A stretch of DNA of 60,425 nt, the filler included, from Dirinaria sp. TL-2023a (lineage: Eukaryota): NCBI GenBank assembly GCA_051941275.1. It is 11 parts of 11 records of this genome, joined end to end, with 100 filler letters (N's around TTAATTAATTAA, not from the genome) between each part and the next. Parts side by side here need not be neighbours in the genome. Positions count along the whole stretch, not along the records: positions 33,064 to 38,464 come from JAVEBF010001673.1; positions 38,565 to 43,963 come from JAVEBF010001674.1; positions 44,064 to 49,453 come from JAVEBF010001675.1; 8 more parts are not named here. One strand, written 5' to 3'. Shown here one piece after another: positions 36,401-47,419 of this stretch; position 1 is the stretch's first letter; every line of letters starts with the position of its first letter. A program made the position numbers and the translations under genes. The notes under the pieces were generated by a model. The model saw only the letters and a list, made by a program, of their open reading frames with translations. It was not told the origin of the DNA and did not search any database.

Positions 36401-37318
36401 CTCCCCAGCAACCCTCCCCGGCCCATTGACTCCAAACATAGCATCTTCCCCATTCATACCATTGATGTTCATAAGTCTTTGCGTCAACTCGTTCCTCTCT
36501 TTTACCCTATCGATCTGGAACTTTGAAAAAGCCATTCGGTCGGGAAACATTGTATCTAGTTGCTCTTTGCTATAGCCCATCCTTAAGCGGCTTCTCAGCC
36601 TTGCTGCATTCAAGATATTGTAACGGTCACTAGCAGGTAGACTCATGAAGAATGGGCTATTGAAATCTATCTTGCTGAAGTCGTAGAGATTGATGTCCTC
36701 CCCAGTATGAAATTGCCTTGCGTACTCTTCCAACTCCTCTTGACTCATGATTCGAGGGTCATTGGGTGCTCCCATCTCCGCCAAACTGACGTCCAGCTCC
36801 GGAAGGTGGTATGCATCCTTCTTCTTGAACGATCGATTCTGTTGTCTCTCCTGCGCGGTCATCTGCAGTTCATCGACATACACAGGGTTATCGGGCACTT
36901 CCTCTTCATCAGGATCGACGGTAGGTCTACCCTGCTCCTCCCTTCTCTTAATATCCTCCTCTTCAGCCCGCCTCTGCATCTGCACCGCCAAAAGCTTTCC
37001 TGCAGTGCGGACCGCATCTTCTCGACGCCCTTCTCTTCTCGCCTTACGGCTACTGACCGTTTGCCTCTTGAGCAAGGGAGCTCCTCCATCGAAGACGAAG
37101 ACCGGCTTGATACCGAAGAAAAGGAGTTTGCAGATGCGCCGGAAGAAACCAACGATATGTGAATTTCGAAGAGCGTTTCCCTCTTTATCGCGAACAGCTT
37201 TCAGAAATTGGTAGATCCATATCGAGGCATCGACAGCAAGCCTTTTCTTATTGAGGGTTTCCAGCTTAATGGGGCGAGCGCAGGGTTGAACCACGGTCCA
37301 GAGGCCGGTGACGCCCAT
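33485..37318 (-). CDS. RAD2: DNA excision repair endonuclease RAD2/XPG (Rad13), 1277 aa, intronless
   Basis: XPG-N domain (MGVTGLW, AVDASIW, PVFVFDG), XPG-I domain (APMEAEAQCA, TDDSDVFLFG, LLGSDYTEG), UIM-like DEDLQRAITMSL, PIP box QANITQFF, basic C-terminal NLS. Confidence 0.97.
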   Translation of the reverse strand: MGVTGLWTVVQPCARPIKLETLNKKRLAVDASIWIYQFLKAVRDKEGNALRNSHIVGFFRRICKLLFFGIKPVFVFDGGAPLLKRQTVSSRKARREGRREDAVRTAGKLLAVQMQRRAEEEDIKRREEQGRPTVDPDEEEVPDNPVYVDELQMTAQERQQNRSFKKKDAYHLPELDVSLAEMGAPNDPRIMSQEELEEYARQFHTGEDINLYDFSKIDFNSPFFMSLPASDRYNILNAARLRSRLRMGYSKEQLDTMFPDRMAFSKFQIDRVKERNELTQRLMNINGMNGEDAMFGVNGPGRVAGEKGKEYVLVKNDGVEGGWALGVVSNKGEGERSRPIDVEQLDQDPASQQAEDEPEDEGFEDVPIEGLNRLPKRSKGASVVASAGEDILDRRRALYEARQQGAGKKPPVASPREDESESLFIPHEPEQAASDEEHENMDALFEDVIPFAAEDDEDEDLQRAITMSLESPTCDDGHDDVEVTGEYAYNGPSINEPLEFNQKNANVGRDFAHRFNAKAQYDFRNPEVSQAADGHSPVEPTEPLNGPRVFGLKKTRNESDLDVATSKEDIPAAKVSSPSRPTPKSGGFGGPLPFESLNLGKSIFAKSKKRQEVEAGGFEKNQETKNDAKPLPPWFSGDIRVESAAQKLFEEDQNKTPESSQEASNHVGHQTLKKQQTGEVIDLEAPKGSQEVIEVESSDDEAGDDMQMGDVVPIDSEVRMGDVADLTRVEPPSSGPFSSNFRPEATDLGKQLEVSKQSSHVASDSDEPLEWEESDHEDHSTRSDPKVSAEKPVGGSIKSRLSSSPSPEFEDVGPHVTSIPPSQPATPEATTFDPSNEPSLPNEGTFESAAPPDEDDIYSDPDEEDLMRQLATEAEEHARFSATLNPMSHLQSAEDYEKELRQLRNQQKKDRRDADEVSHIMVTECQQLLKLFGLPYVTAPMEAEAQCAELVSLGLVDGIVTDDSDVFLFGGTRVYKNMFNQAKFVECYLASDLEKEYSLTRPKLIDIAHLLGSDYTEGLPNVGPVTALEILSEFETLENFSSWWETVSLGQPATAEDRASPFRRKFRKNATKIFLPNGFPDKRVNHAYQHPEVDHDPSPFAWGVPDLDALRSFLMATIGWSQERTDEVLVPVVKDMNRRENEGTQANITQFFGGAVGVGATRTSEKEAYAPRRRIEKSQRMANALGRLHARARESTLDDGEVAEAADEGANGQRDAISPDGIAESGPSRKSRASKKRTAPVNASGSGSDEGSSQEYTASKKAKKGRKGTRAGRKSKP

Positions 37319-37410
37319 GCCTTATGATGTCTTCGGGAGTAAGAGCGCAGTAGGGTCGCTGAGGGAAGAGAGGCCTCTGACATTGTGCACAGGCCTTAGG
37401 CCTATCTTCA

Positions 37411-37416
37411 ACGCGT
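37411..37416. promoter_or_regulatory. Single MCB (ACGCGT) upstream of RAD2
   Basis: ACGCGT about 95 bp upstream of the ATG. One hexamer can occur by chance. Confidence 0.35.
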
Positions 37417-38464
37417 ATCTGAGAGCGGCTTTGGAGCTCCGTTACGCAAATTTCTCCATTATTGTTCAAGACTATAGTACCTCAATGTTATATCATCCAA
37501 GGTACTGTACAGTATCTTACCTTAAAGTATGAACCCCGGACGCCCTAATGTGAGGTACCCAAATCATTTCTAACCCTGAATCAACCCTATAGTAATAAAG
37601 GCTTTCATTCTGGCCTATTTATTATTGAATGCCTTCAAGGCTTCAACCCAAAATTGAATAACTGCATTCCCCTACTCAAACAGAGTGACCGATTTGAAGC
37701 GGAACAGCGTTTTCACGCAGTGATGATGGACTGATTTATCACGAACGTGTCACTGTTCAATCGGCAAATTGTTTGAATGCTAGACCTTGAAAAAAGACGA
37801 CACTTTGCAAAGCCAGTTCTGCGATATTGAGAAGTGAGCGTCGGCAGTGATACCTACTATTAAGCATCGTAGATTGTTAGATGGCGATGTAGTTCTGTTC
37901 AACATCGTGAGCTTGGCCTCTTGAGCTGCTAGTAAGATCGACGTTAATATTGTCCAAGCTCACTTGATGCCGCCACTCCATGATATTGCGCGCAATTGTT
38001 ATTCAGCAGAACGCAAGTGTCCTATTCGCGTGGTATAGAATAGAAAAAGTTGCTCGGTTTTCCTACAAGTCTATGTAGATGGCTACAAGCCTACTGCTTC
38101 TTGCCAGAAATCCCTTCAAAGGTCAGCCCCTTCTCAAAATCCACCCCAATCAATGTTCCTCCGATCAATACTCCTCCCCATGTCTCCTTTGTTTCTCACT
38201 TTTAGATAGGTGTTCGATGTTTTGCCTACAGAATCTGCCGCTGGCGATGGCAATGGGGTGGCAGCACCGGTGGTAGACATACACCTCTTCATAGCAATCC
38301 CAACGCTTCTTCTTGGGCGAATTGTAAAAGGATATGGCTTGGCCGACGTTCGTAACTTTGATGTACATGCCGTTACATATGTAAGTTGAACGATGGCGTG
38401 CTCCTGGCACACCAGTTAGCTTGATTCCATCGTACTATTATGACAAAGGAGGTATTATTTCATT

Positions 38465-38564
38465 NNNNNNNNNNNNNNNNNNNNNNNNNNNNNNNNNNNN
38501 NNNNNNNNTTAATTAATTAANNNNNNNNNNNNNNNNNNNNNNNNNNNNNNNNNNNNNNNNNNNN
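38465..38564. other. Artificial contig spacer
   Basis: N44-TTAATTAATTAA-N44. Confidence 0.99.
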
Positions 38565-39102
38565 CCCCCCACCCACCACAAAACCCTCCTGGAACCCGCG
38601 AGTTTCTGACATCCCACCGTCCGTGTCACTGCAACTTTGAATTTACGTGTTTCGTCCGAGACATCTCTATTTACACCAACATTGGCCGAGTCACTCAAAC
38701 ATCCAATCTGCTTGACTTTCCCGGTAAGTGCTTGGTATCTTGTACGCGTCTGTGAATGGCTATCTCGCTTCTTCGCTGGCGGGCCGCGCTGGCACCTGAC
38801 AGTGATCGGCGAATTGCCGTGCGTTTGGGCCTGTTGGTGGGTGGTGGGTGGCAGACATTGGCAGATATTCCAGGTACCGCAGATCACTGACATCGCAAAT
38901 GGCTTGCAGACCGACACCTCACTCTCGGTGGATCTGCCGATTTGAAAAAGCATTCACTCCATCCAGCTCTCGCTCCACTGGCTTATGTATAGCCACGTCT
39001 CGCAATCAGTTGGCAAAGTCTGCCAATCAAGCACTGATGAGTGTTTGGCTCTGATTGTCGCATCCGGGCTATCACGTCGGCATCCTTCCACTGACCGCCA
39101 GT

Positions 39103-40753
39103 ATGCGCGAGTTGAGACCCCTTCGTCTGCCTCAATTGCTTGAGGCTCGAAAGAACGACGACACCAACATGTCGCCGAGATCGCAATACACGTCAGCAAC
39201 ACCTTCTTCTGATCTGCCATCGCCCGTCACACCAACCTTCTCTCTCCGCGGCCATACCCGGTTACCAAGCTCAACATCATCCCTTGCTTCATCGCCGGTA
39301 GTGAGCGAAGCGATGGATGGGTTCGGATCTGGCAAACGACCCTTGACAGAGGTCAGGGAGGAGCCTCAGGAGCGGGAGGACGATTACGAGATGGTCGACA
39401 ACCTCAATTGCCCCGACGATGAATGTAAGCTGGAATCACTACCTCAGTGTCCATGGTCGTGTAACCTGATCGTCCGTGACAGATGATCTCTCAAGGTCCA
39501 TTTCATATACCGAATCTGGCACGCTCGCCGAAGCCCACATGTTCTCGTCGTCGCCAGAATATGACTTGGCGGACAGCGCTCACGGCGACTTGGATTTCTC
39601 AATGACCCCGTCCTCAAAGCGACAATGCGCTGGTGAGCCTGCAACAACCGGCTTGTCATCGCGAATTGGCACCAGATTCCCTTCACTCTCACAGAAATGG
39701 AAGAACAAGAGAGGAGGTAAAACAGCCTCCATTGTCGACGGGTTACAGGACTTTAGGCCTGCGCGTTCACGTGCAAACTCCACGCGTGCACCTTCACTTA
39801 CTGGATCGGAAATGCCTGAGAAGGAATACCAACTACCACCCACACCAACCAAGAGCGTCTACGGCGAGAAAGACGATGATGCGCCTCCGACGCCAGTCGA
39901 TCTACAGAGAGTCGACACGCACGAAGATGAACCGGAGGAGGAAATGAAAGCATCTACCCCGCTGCTACCGCCCATTATGGCCAATATCTCCAGCCACATC
40001 AAGGAAGTCCCCTTCCAATCCCCACTACAGTCACCAACCGTGGCCGACCCCGACTCCTCTTCCGTCGCGCATACGCCCATCACATCGCCGCAGATGCCTT
40101 CTCTACCCTCTCCGCCGCTCTCGACGAAACCGTCTATTTCCTCTTTCCACCGGCATCCTCTTCACGGCCCGCTAATCCCCGCATCGGAGATCCCCCCACT
40201 ACCTCTTGCGCCGACCAACGACCCATGGACCGACAAGCTTGGCCACGCAAATTTCACCATCGCGCCCGAACCGTACCTACCCTGCGAATTCTCCCTCATT
40301 GCTTACAAGCAATTACGCGCAGATTGGGAAACTGCGCGTTGCAACTACACCAAACACCTGATGCGGACGGGCGAGAACTACGGTGCTACGTCTAAGATTT
40401 ACCGCCTGACGGAGGAGAAGTGGGCGGAGATGGCGTCTACCTGGAAGCGAAACTTGGAAATCTGCATCGCGCAGGCGCAAACAGCAGATCAGAGCCAAGA
40501 GCACGCAATGGAACTAAGTCAGAGCTCGGCTGCCGAACCACCCCCCTTGGTCAAGCTGCCTAGCCTGAACGGGCCACGGAGCGAAGGCAAATTCCCCAAA
40601 CTGGGGGATGACGTTATTGTAGGGCCGATGGAGCAGGTCGCGGCCCAGATGCAGACGAAACGCACCAGCAAGAAAAGGACTTTCTTGAAGTTCCTGCAGG
40701 GCATGCTGCCATCCGGCTCGGGCATGTTTGGGCGGGAGCGAAGCCCTTGTTGA
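39103..40753 (+). CDS. Conserved Pezizomycotina Pro/Ser-rich hypothetical protein; exons 39103-39424 and 39483-40753
   Basis: N-terminal LRPLRLPQL, S/P-rich body, and a folded-looking block DPWTDKLGHANFTIAPEPY...W..ARCNYTKHLMRTGENYGATSKIYRLTEEKW...KFPKLGD. A GTAAGC..CAG intron keeps the frame. Confidence 0.8.
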
Positions 40754-42076
40754 TGAACCCTCGGTTACGGCTTGTGATGAGACTAGAGCGCACCAAAGCC
40801 GATCGAACCGTTTGTATAATTTTTCCCGGTGCCACCGGATACATACACACATTACGGCCTCCTCGAGAGAGAGGATTACGAATACCACGGAAGGGTCTCC
40901 CATTGGAGTATGCTCGTGTATGCCAGAGGGCCAGATATAAATAGCCTATACCCTTGGGTCTCGAAGTCGCTCCTTTAAAAGACTTTTCTCATTAAAACTT
41001 ATACTATACTAATAATACATCATGGATCTGCGCAAAGCCGGATCTTGATGAAGATCCATTCAACAAATAGACGGAGCGTTGGGAGCTTTCAGAGAGACGT
41101 GCCCGAGGTGCCCGAAGTGCCGGGCCAAGGGAAGTTCGGCAAGGGCGCCAAGGTCAAGAGCAACGGAAGCGAGTTACCTGGTTACATGAAGGTACCTACC
41201 TAAGGTATGGGTGACTGGGTGTATGGAATCGGGGTAATAATCCCTTGCGTCATGGATCTGATATGGTCGGATGATCTCCCGGACCCTAGGGAATACCGAA
41301 AACCAAAAAATCCACAGAGCCACACTAGATTTCGACTCCGAACATGTCTGACGACGAGGTAGATAATATGGCCCTCGGTCAGTAATTAGACAGAGATGAA
41401 AAAGAACTCAAGCCATGGCTGAGCAATTAGAGAGCCCTTGCCTTTTCCTTTCTTTCTACCTCTTCCTCGGAGCATCAACGATGCTGAGCATCCACGCCTT
41501 CCCCTTTCCCCTCCCGTATCTTCTTCAGATCTACTTTTGATACCTTCGCATTCGGAACGAGTTCTATTTCCCTCTCTCAATATACACATGCGTCATACCC
41601 TTCACGCCATCGCCCTTGAAGATCTGTTCCTCCCAAAAAGAAAACCCACCCTACCCAGAGTCAGTCCTGTGCAGAATTTCCGCTAGGAAAACTTTTCCTA
41701 TCGTCTATTCTTCGCGATTTAGCTTTTTCTTTTATTTACTTTTTTTTTTCTGTGTGCGTGGGTAGTGGAGGGTGGGGAACGCTTTAGAGATCAGGGCGCT
41801 TTTTGGAGGCTGAAAGGGCTGAAACCTTCCTTACCTACCTCCACCGCCTGCGTAAGTTGTTCGAATCGAAGTCCCTCTTTCGTTTGCTTCCGATAGACTG
41901 GCTGTTTGCCATACGACGAAGCCGAAGAGTTTTTCTTTTTTCCCTTTTTCTTTTTTCTTTTTCTTTCTCTTTTGTTTTGAATTTGGGTTTCGGCGCTTCG
42001 TCAAAAGCTACCTCTTTACCTACACCTACTTATAGCGCCTTTCTGTTGTGCTTTAAATCTCCTGCTAATAGGAAAA

Positions 42077-42787
42077 CAATAGCGCCACACCAACCTACAG
42101 TCTGCTGCCACACCACCTTCACTTCACTTTGCTGCCACACGCCCCTCTTCACTGGATCCAACCGGGCCAAAAATCCTATGCCTCGGTAATCGGCTACCGA
42201 TTTTCGCAAATCCTACTGTATTTTTGATTATCTGGAAGGTGTTTTACTGTTCGCGAAATAATCCGAAACAGTAAACGGTGTCCAGCCGCACCCAAAGTAT
42301 TCGGATGATTCTTGCAAAACAGGAAGAATTGACGTATATCCATGATCAAATAGCTCCCTTCCCAGCAGGAAAACATAGGCTCGGAGTCTCTCGATGAATC
42401 AACAAATCGTTTTGCTGAGTTCTCCTCATAACGATCGACACTGGATTCAGATCTTCACAAAACTAGCACCGCGCTTGGAAAAGATTTGATCTTCGATCGC
42501 TTCCCGAGTGATGAGATATTTCAGTGTCTTGGTGTGCTCATTGCCAACGATCATCAATGAGCAGACTGACGCTTTAATTGCGTGATTACGACGGCGAGAA
42601 ATCAGTGTGTAGAGATACAGGTAAAAAATAGCCGCGAGTTACACAGGTAAATATGATGTGACGTATCCGTTAAAACTATAGAGCGAGGAAACGTTCCTCA
42701 ATCAGACATAGATTTTCTGTCTAGTGGTTAGGTCCAGTGAAGAAGGTGGTGTGGCAGCAGAGTAGGTAGGATGGTGTGGCGCTATTG
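42077..42787. mobile_element. Putative non-autonomous DNA transposon relic (MITE-like) bounded by imperfect inverted repeats
   Basis: Left arm 42077-42163 (CAATAGCGCCACACCAACCTACAGTCTGCTGCCACACCACCTTC...CTTCACTGGATCCAACC) matches the reverse complement of 42726-42787. No long internal ORF. Confidence 0.6.
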
Positions 42788-43334
42788 GTTAGTACCTACT
42801 TTTGTCGTGTTTGCTTTTTCCTTTTTCCTTTTCGTTTCTTTTCTTTTCTTTTTACCTTTTAACATTTGTATTCGGTCAGTAATTTATTGAATTTTTTTTT
42901 TAAATCGCCTTTTAACATTGACTTGATTGACAGAGGGTATGGATCTTGCTCTGATCTTCACTTTCTCTCTTTGTTTAGTCTCGGATTTTTCTTCACGATA
43001 ATTGGATTATTGTAGAATCATACTTGTTTCGACGGGGGTATAATGTATTATCGTTTTGTTGTGAAGAGGGAAAGTATTCAATGAAGATTGAAAAATATAG
43101 AGATTGCGTATAAGCACAGATTTGAAAGTCAAGGCTTTCTCATTCTCGTTCGACTCTTTTTCTTTCTCCCTAAGAATAGGTGGGTAGGTAGGTAGGTGGC
43201 TTGCTCTTTTTCCCCAATACTATCGTGACTGAGAGCCTCATCTTTCTCTTCACGAGTAAATTTCTCCTTCGTTCAAGCATCTTCGTCTCTTCAAAATTGT
43301 AAAACAATATAGCATCTGCCCTGAAATCTCTCCC

Positions 43335-43859
43335 TCAACGCACCCTCGTATCCAGACTCAGCCTCTCCACAACTTCCAAATCCACCGCGCCCTTCAACAT
43401 CTCCCTCAACGCCATCAGCTCGCTGGTCCCCTGCTGCATCCTCTCCACCTTCAAGCCATCTCCCACTCTCAGCGACGCTTCCAACACATAACCCCCCCTC
43501 GGATCCAGCGCTTGCGCCACCGCCACTGTAGCCTTGGTAGAAAGATCGATCGCTGAGGACGGGTTTGCCGGGTCCGGCGGAGGGAGCGTAAGCGGCTGGT
43601 AAAGAAAGAGCGAGATGTGATTATAGGTAAAGCGGTGGCCGCGCAGAAGGGCGGAGGCAGTATGGGTGTAGTTGAGCGAGGACATGAGATCCAAGGGCGA
43701 GCCGGAGGAGAGCGGGATATCCATCATCAGACGCGAGGTGACGGACCGCCCGCGGGCGCTGGGGTCGGGGACGTCCCGGAATTGGAGCGTCCAGGGCAGA
43801 GCTGGTGCTTGTGGTTCTTCCTCGTTACTGCCGTTCGCTAGCATCATTGTTGACTGCTC
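43335..43859 (-). CDS. MED18: Mediator complex subunit 18 (SRB5), terminal exon; 5' part lost at the contig break
   Basis: WTLQFRDVPD...VTSR, GHRFTYNHI, YVLEASLRV, ELMALREMLKGAVDLEVVERLSLDTRVR*. The upstream intron donor (GTAAGT) is visible at about 43962. Confidence 0.85.
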   Translation of the reverse strand, partial: EQSTMMLANGSNEEEPQAPALPWTLQFRDVPDPSARGRSVTSRLMMDIPLSSGSPLDLMSSLNYTHTASALLRGHRFTYNHISLFLYQPLTLPPPDPANPSSAIDLSTKATVAVAQALDPRGGYVLEASLRVGDGLKVERMQQGTSELMALREMLKGAVDLEVVERLSLDTRVR

Positions 43860-43963
43860 CTGAAGAACAAAAAAAAAGAAGAAGAAAAAGAAAATCAGCA
43901 ATCAATATTTCAGAAAAAAAAAAAAAAAAAAAAAAGAATCAGCCACCGCTACGACAACTTACC

Positions 43964-44063
43964 NNNNNNNNNNNNNNNNNNNNNNNNNNNNNNNNNNNNN
44001 NNNNNNNTTAATTAATTAANNNNNNNNNNNNNNNNNNNNNNNNNNNNNNNNNNNNNNNNNNNN
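43964..44063. other. Artificial contig spacer
   Basis: N44-TTAATTAATTAA-N44. Confidence 0.99.
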
Positions 44064-46172
44064 TCTTGCTGTAGGACTTATCTGCCAGCTCGCGCCCGGC
44101 GGCGGTTTCGAACAGGTTCGAGAACGCGCGCGTCGCCATCATGATGTTGTTGGGGCGGTCGATCTCTTCGAAGATCCCGCTCGTCGATAGGATGTTGACT
44201 ATGCTCTCGCCGCCTGCGGTGCGGTATGTGGCCGTGACCGGCGTCACGGCGGCGAGGAGCCGCAGGATATCCAGAGCCGGGAGAACGTGCGACGGAGGCC
44301 ATTTGGAGACGAGATCGAAAATGAGTTCGACGCCGGGGGTGAGTGCGGGCGGTGATTGCTGTGCGCCTGAGATGGCGGGTTCGAGTGCCGCGATCGTGTC
44401 GGAGAGGGTGGCGAGCATGGTCGGGTCCAGCGCGATGTCGCTTGCGCCTTCGGAGATCAGTTGCTCGTTCAGCTCTTCGGCTTTCTTCTTGATGGCGCGT
44501 AGGTTGGCGGTTTTGATCGAGAGGTAGGAGGTTTGAGGGAGGACTTTGGGGCGAGAGGTGGGTGCCGATGGTGGTGCTGCGGTAGTGGAGGCACCTTCGC
44601 CTGGTATGTACCGGCCTGAGCCCCAGGGATCGGCGCCTGAAGGTTCTGGGGCCTGCTGCCCGAGAGTGGCGCCCTGAGTGTTTGTGGTGATGAAATTGGC
44701 GACTTGGTCTAGGTATGTAATAGGGAGCTCGTTATCCTGAATGAACTTCGTGGCGGCTTCGTATGGGTTTTGGGAGACGTTGTAAGGGAGCTTCAGAGGA
44801 GGTTTCCCGTCTTCAATGTCGACATCGAACACATAGTCGTAGTCTTGCCCCTGGTGATGGGTTTTCCTACCGCTGCTGCCCACTTGATCGACGACGGTGC
44901 CGACGCTCATCCATCGCTGAGCGCTCACAGACCACTGGTGGGCGGTTACAGTGTTATTCGGTTCTCGAATCATGACCACTTGGCCTTCTTTGGTGCCTGA
45001 TTTTTGCTCCAGGAATTCTGGTCCTGGAAGTTTCTCCTGATTCATGTTACCATCGCTCACCTGCTGCTTAGGAATAGATGATGCCTTCACCGAGTCTTCA
45101 AATGCTTGAATGGCTTCTGGGGCTGCCATGCGCTCCCTCTCCCTACTGAACACCCGCACCTTCTTGTCACTCGCACCACTGACGATATCTCCGTTTTCTG
45201 GGCAGACTGCCACAGTCCATACTGATATTGCAGGGTGTGTAATGGTCTGTACGCATTCGCTACCTCGCCATATGCGTACAGTTCTGTCTTCGCCAGAGCT
45301 TATCAGGTCGCCATTTGGGGAGCTGACAAGAGAGTAGATGAAGCTTTCATGTCCGTAAAGCTCGCCCATTTGCTGCCCATCGAATTTCCACAGCCGAATA
45401 ATCGCATCGTTACCAGCGGAAGCGAATCTGGCTCCTGACGGGTGACTTTTGGGGACTCGACATAGCGCCCTCACTATATCTGAGCTGCCTTCAATGGTCC
45501 TGAGTAACCGGCCATTAGGAGCGTATAGTCTGATAAGCTTATCCGCACATCCTGAACCTTGCATTTAGCCACGGTCGAAGTTCGTTAACGCACACTGATA
45601 GGCCTACCAGTGATAATCATGTCGAACTCGTATGCCAGCACCGCCCACACGCTTCCCTCGTGCCCTTCGAGTATGACGCTGGATCCCCACTTCCCAATAT
45701 GCCATATCCTTGCCGTACTATCCCAGCTGCCACTGACTATGAAGTTCCCCTTTGGACTAACGTCCAATGCACAAATATTATGAGCATGGCCAATCATCAA
45801 CGCCTCAGCATTATCTTCCGGAGGTTTGCCGACCGGCCTCGCTTCTATTATCGTGTCTTTGCCGCCTGATATTACAAGACCCTCAATGAAAGTCGTAGAT
45901 GGAGGGAGATAAGTAATGGCATTGATGAAAGAGGACGCGTGTGAGGAGACTGTGCAGTCATATTTTGGGGGATTTGATGAGAGGAGTTGCCATCTTCGAA
46001 CAGTGGAGTCTCGAGAAGCGGAGAAAATTGATTTGTGGTCTGGAAATATTACGCCACGGACCTAGTGCTGCTTATAAGTCTTGCTTGCGGGTATTGAGTT
46101 CGCAGAACCTGCAATATTGCTTACATCATCCTCATGCTCTTCGAGAGTCGCGGAGAGTTTGTACTCGCTCAT
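44064..46172 (-). CDS. DOA1: Ubiquitin homeostasis protein DOA1/UFD3/PLAA (WD40-PFU-PUL), multi-exon, 3'-truncated
   Basis: MSEYKLSATLEEHEDDVRGV start, WD40 repeats (SGSWDSTARIW, SSGEDRTVRIW), PFU motif YDYVFDVDIEDGKPPLKLPYN, PUL motif LPALDILRL. Confidence 0.95.
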
Positions 46173-47419
46173 CTTGAACAAATCAGTGATAGGTCTGAGT
46201 AGATTTACGATACTAATGTTTTGTCAGACATGTTTGCTAGATGCCGTGTGCTTCACATGGAAAGTTGCAGCGATCATCAAGATGTGGTTGCCATAATTGA
46301 GTCAATTTTCGAAGTTTACAACTTTACGCTAAAACTCGGTGGCGTTTATTCATTACTGTCAACACTACGGAAATCTATTAAACGCCACTGCAGATGTGTC
46401 AATGAGAGCTATGCAGGACAATGCGGTCGAGATAAGTGAAGCTGGTGTTCATCTCATGCATGGCCTGCAATCCGCTGATCCACAGAGCTGATAGTTTAAT
46501 CAGATGAAGTTCATAGGAAAGGGGAAGGCTCAAAGAAGACAACTAAAGCACAAGGCCAAGCATGGAAGCATAGAAAGCCATATAATAAGTGTCCGTCTAG
46601 GAACTTTTGGGAACCGCAGCCAATTTTTAGATCCAGCTAGCTAGAATTAGAATAGGTAGGATGCTCCCTATCTTTTTGAAGTGCTTTTTGGAAAGATACG
46701 AATCTAAATTTACACTGATTTGCCAGAGATGTAGCGCTCGCTCTGTGACTGTTGTACATGAAGGAGTTGTATAGCGTATTGAGACGCATTGAAGTCCATG
46801 TAGGAGTCAGCTTTGACAGGAATGACCTTCAACTAGTGACAGCCTTTTTCTATCGGCACTTGGTAGAATGATAATGGTTCGCTGAGATCAAAATGACATG
46901 AAGAACAACGAAGAGAAGGCGAAGGACCATGAATTCAACTCTTCCCTTATAATTGATGAGATGTCGTTGAAGTACAGCCCGAGTACCTTACCTAAGCGAC
47001 CACTGGAAGCTTCAGCCCTAGCCGAGGACCGAGGCCCAGACCCTTGACATGCCCTGGTTTGCAGTGGAAGATCCTAGCTCTGGCAACTCGCATACCGAGA
47101 TCTGCGTACTATCTCTTTTCATATTCTCCGTTCCTAATAATCTGGCGGCTGTTCTGTTCCATTCTCTCTCAATCACATCTATTCGATAGCTGCGTTGACC
47201 GTGCAAGAAGTGCAATAACGAATTTACGAATCTTTCATAGCCCGAATTCACTCATTGTACTGGCTAGCATAATTCACTACTAGATTTTTAGCCCTTCATC
47301 GCGACTATTCATGCTTAGGATCTGCAGCCTTAACGATCTTTGTTCGGACCTCGTATGTTTAACTTCTAGCTCGACCAGCCTCCCGACTCGCCTTTCGAAC
47401 GACCCTGCTATAGAACAGG

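Noticed and set aside
31155..37318. MCM5 next to RAD2 as a DNA replication/repair cluster
   Set aside because: A spacer (32964-33063) separates them; the adjacency comes from size sorting.
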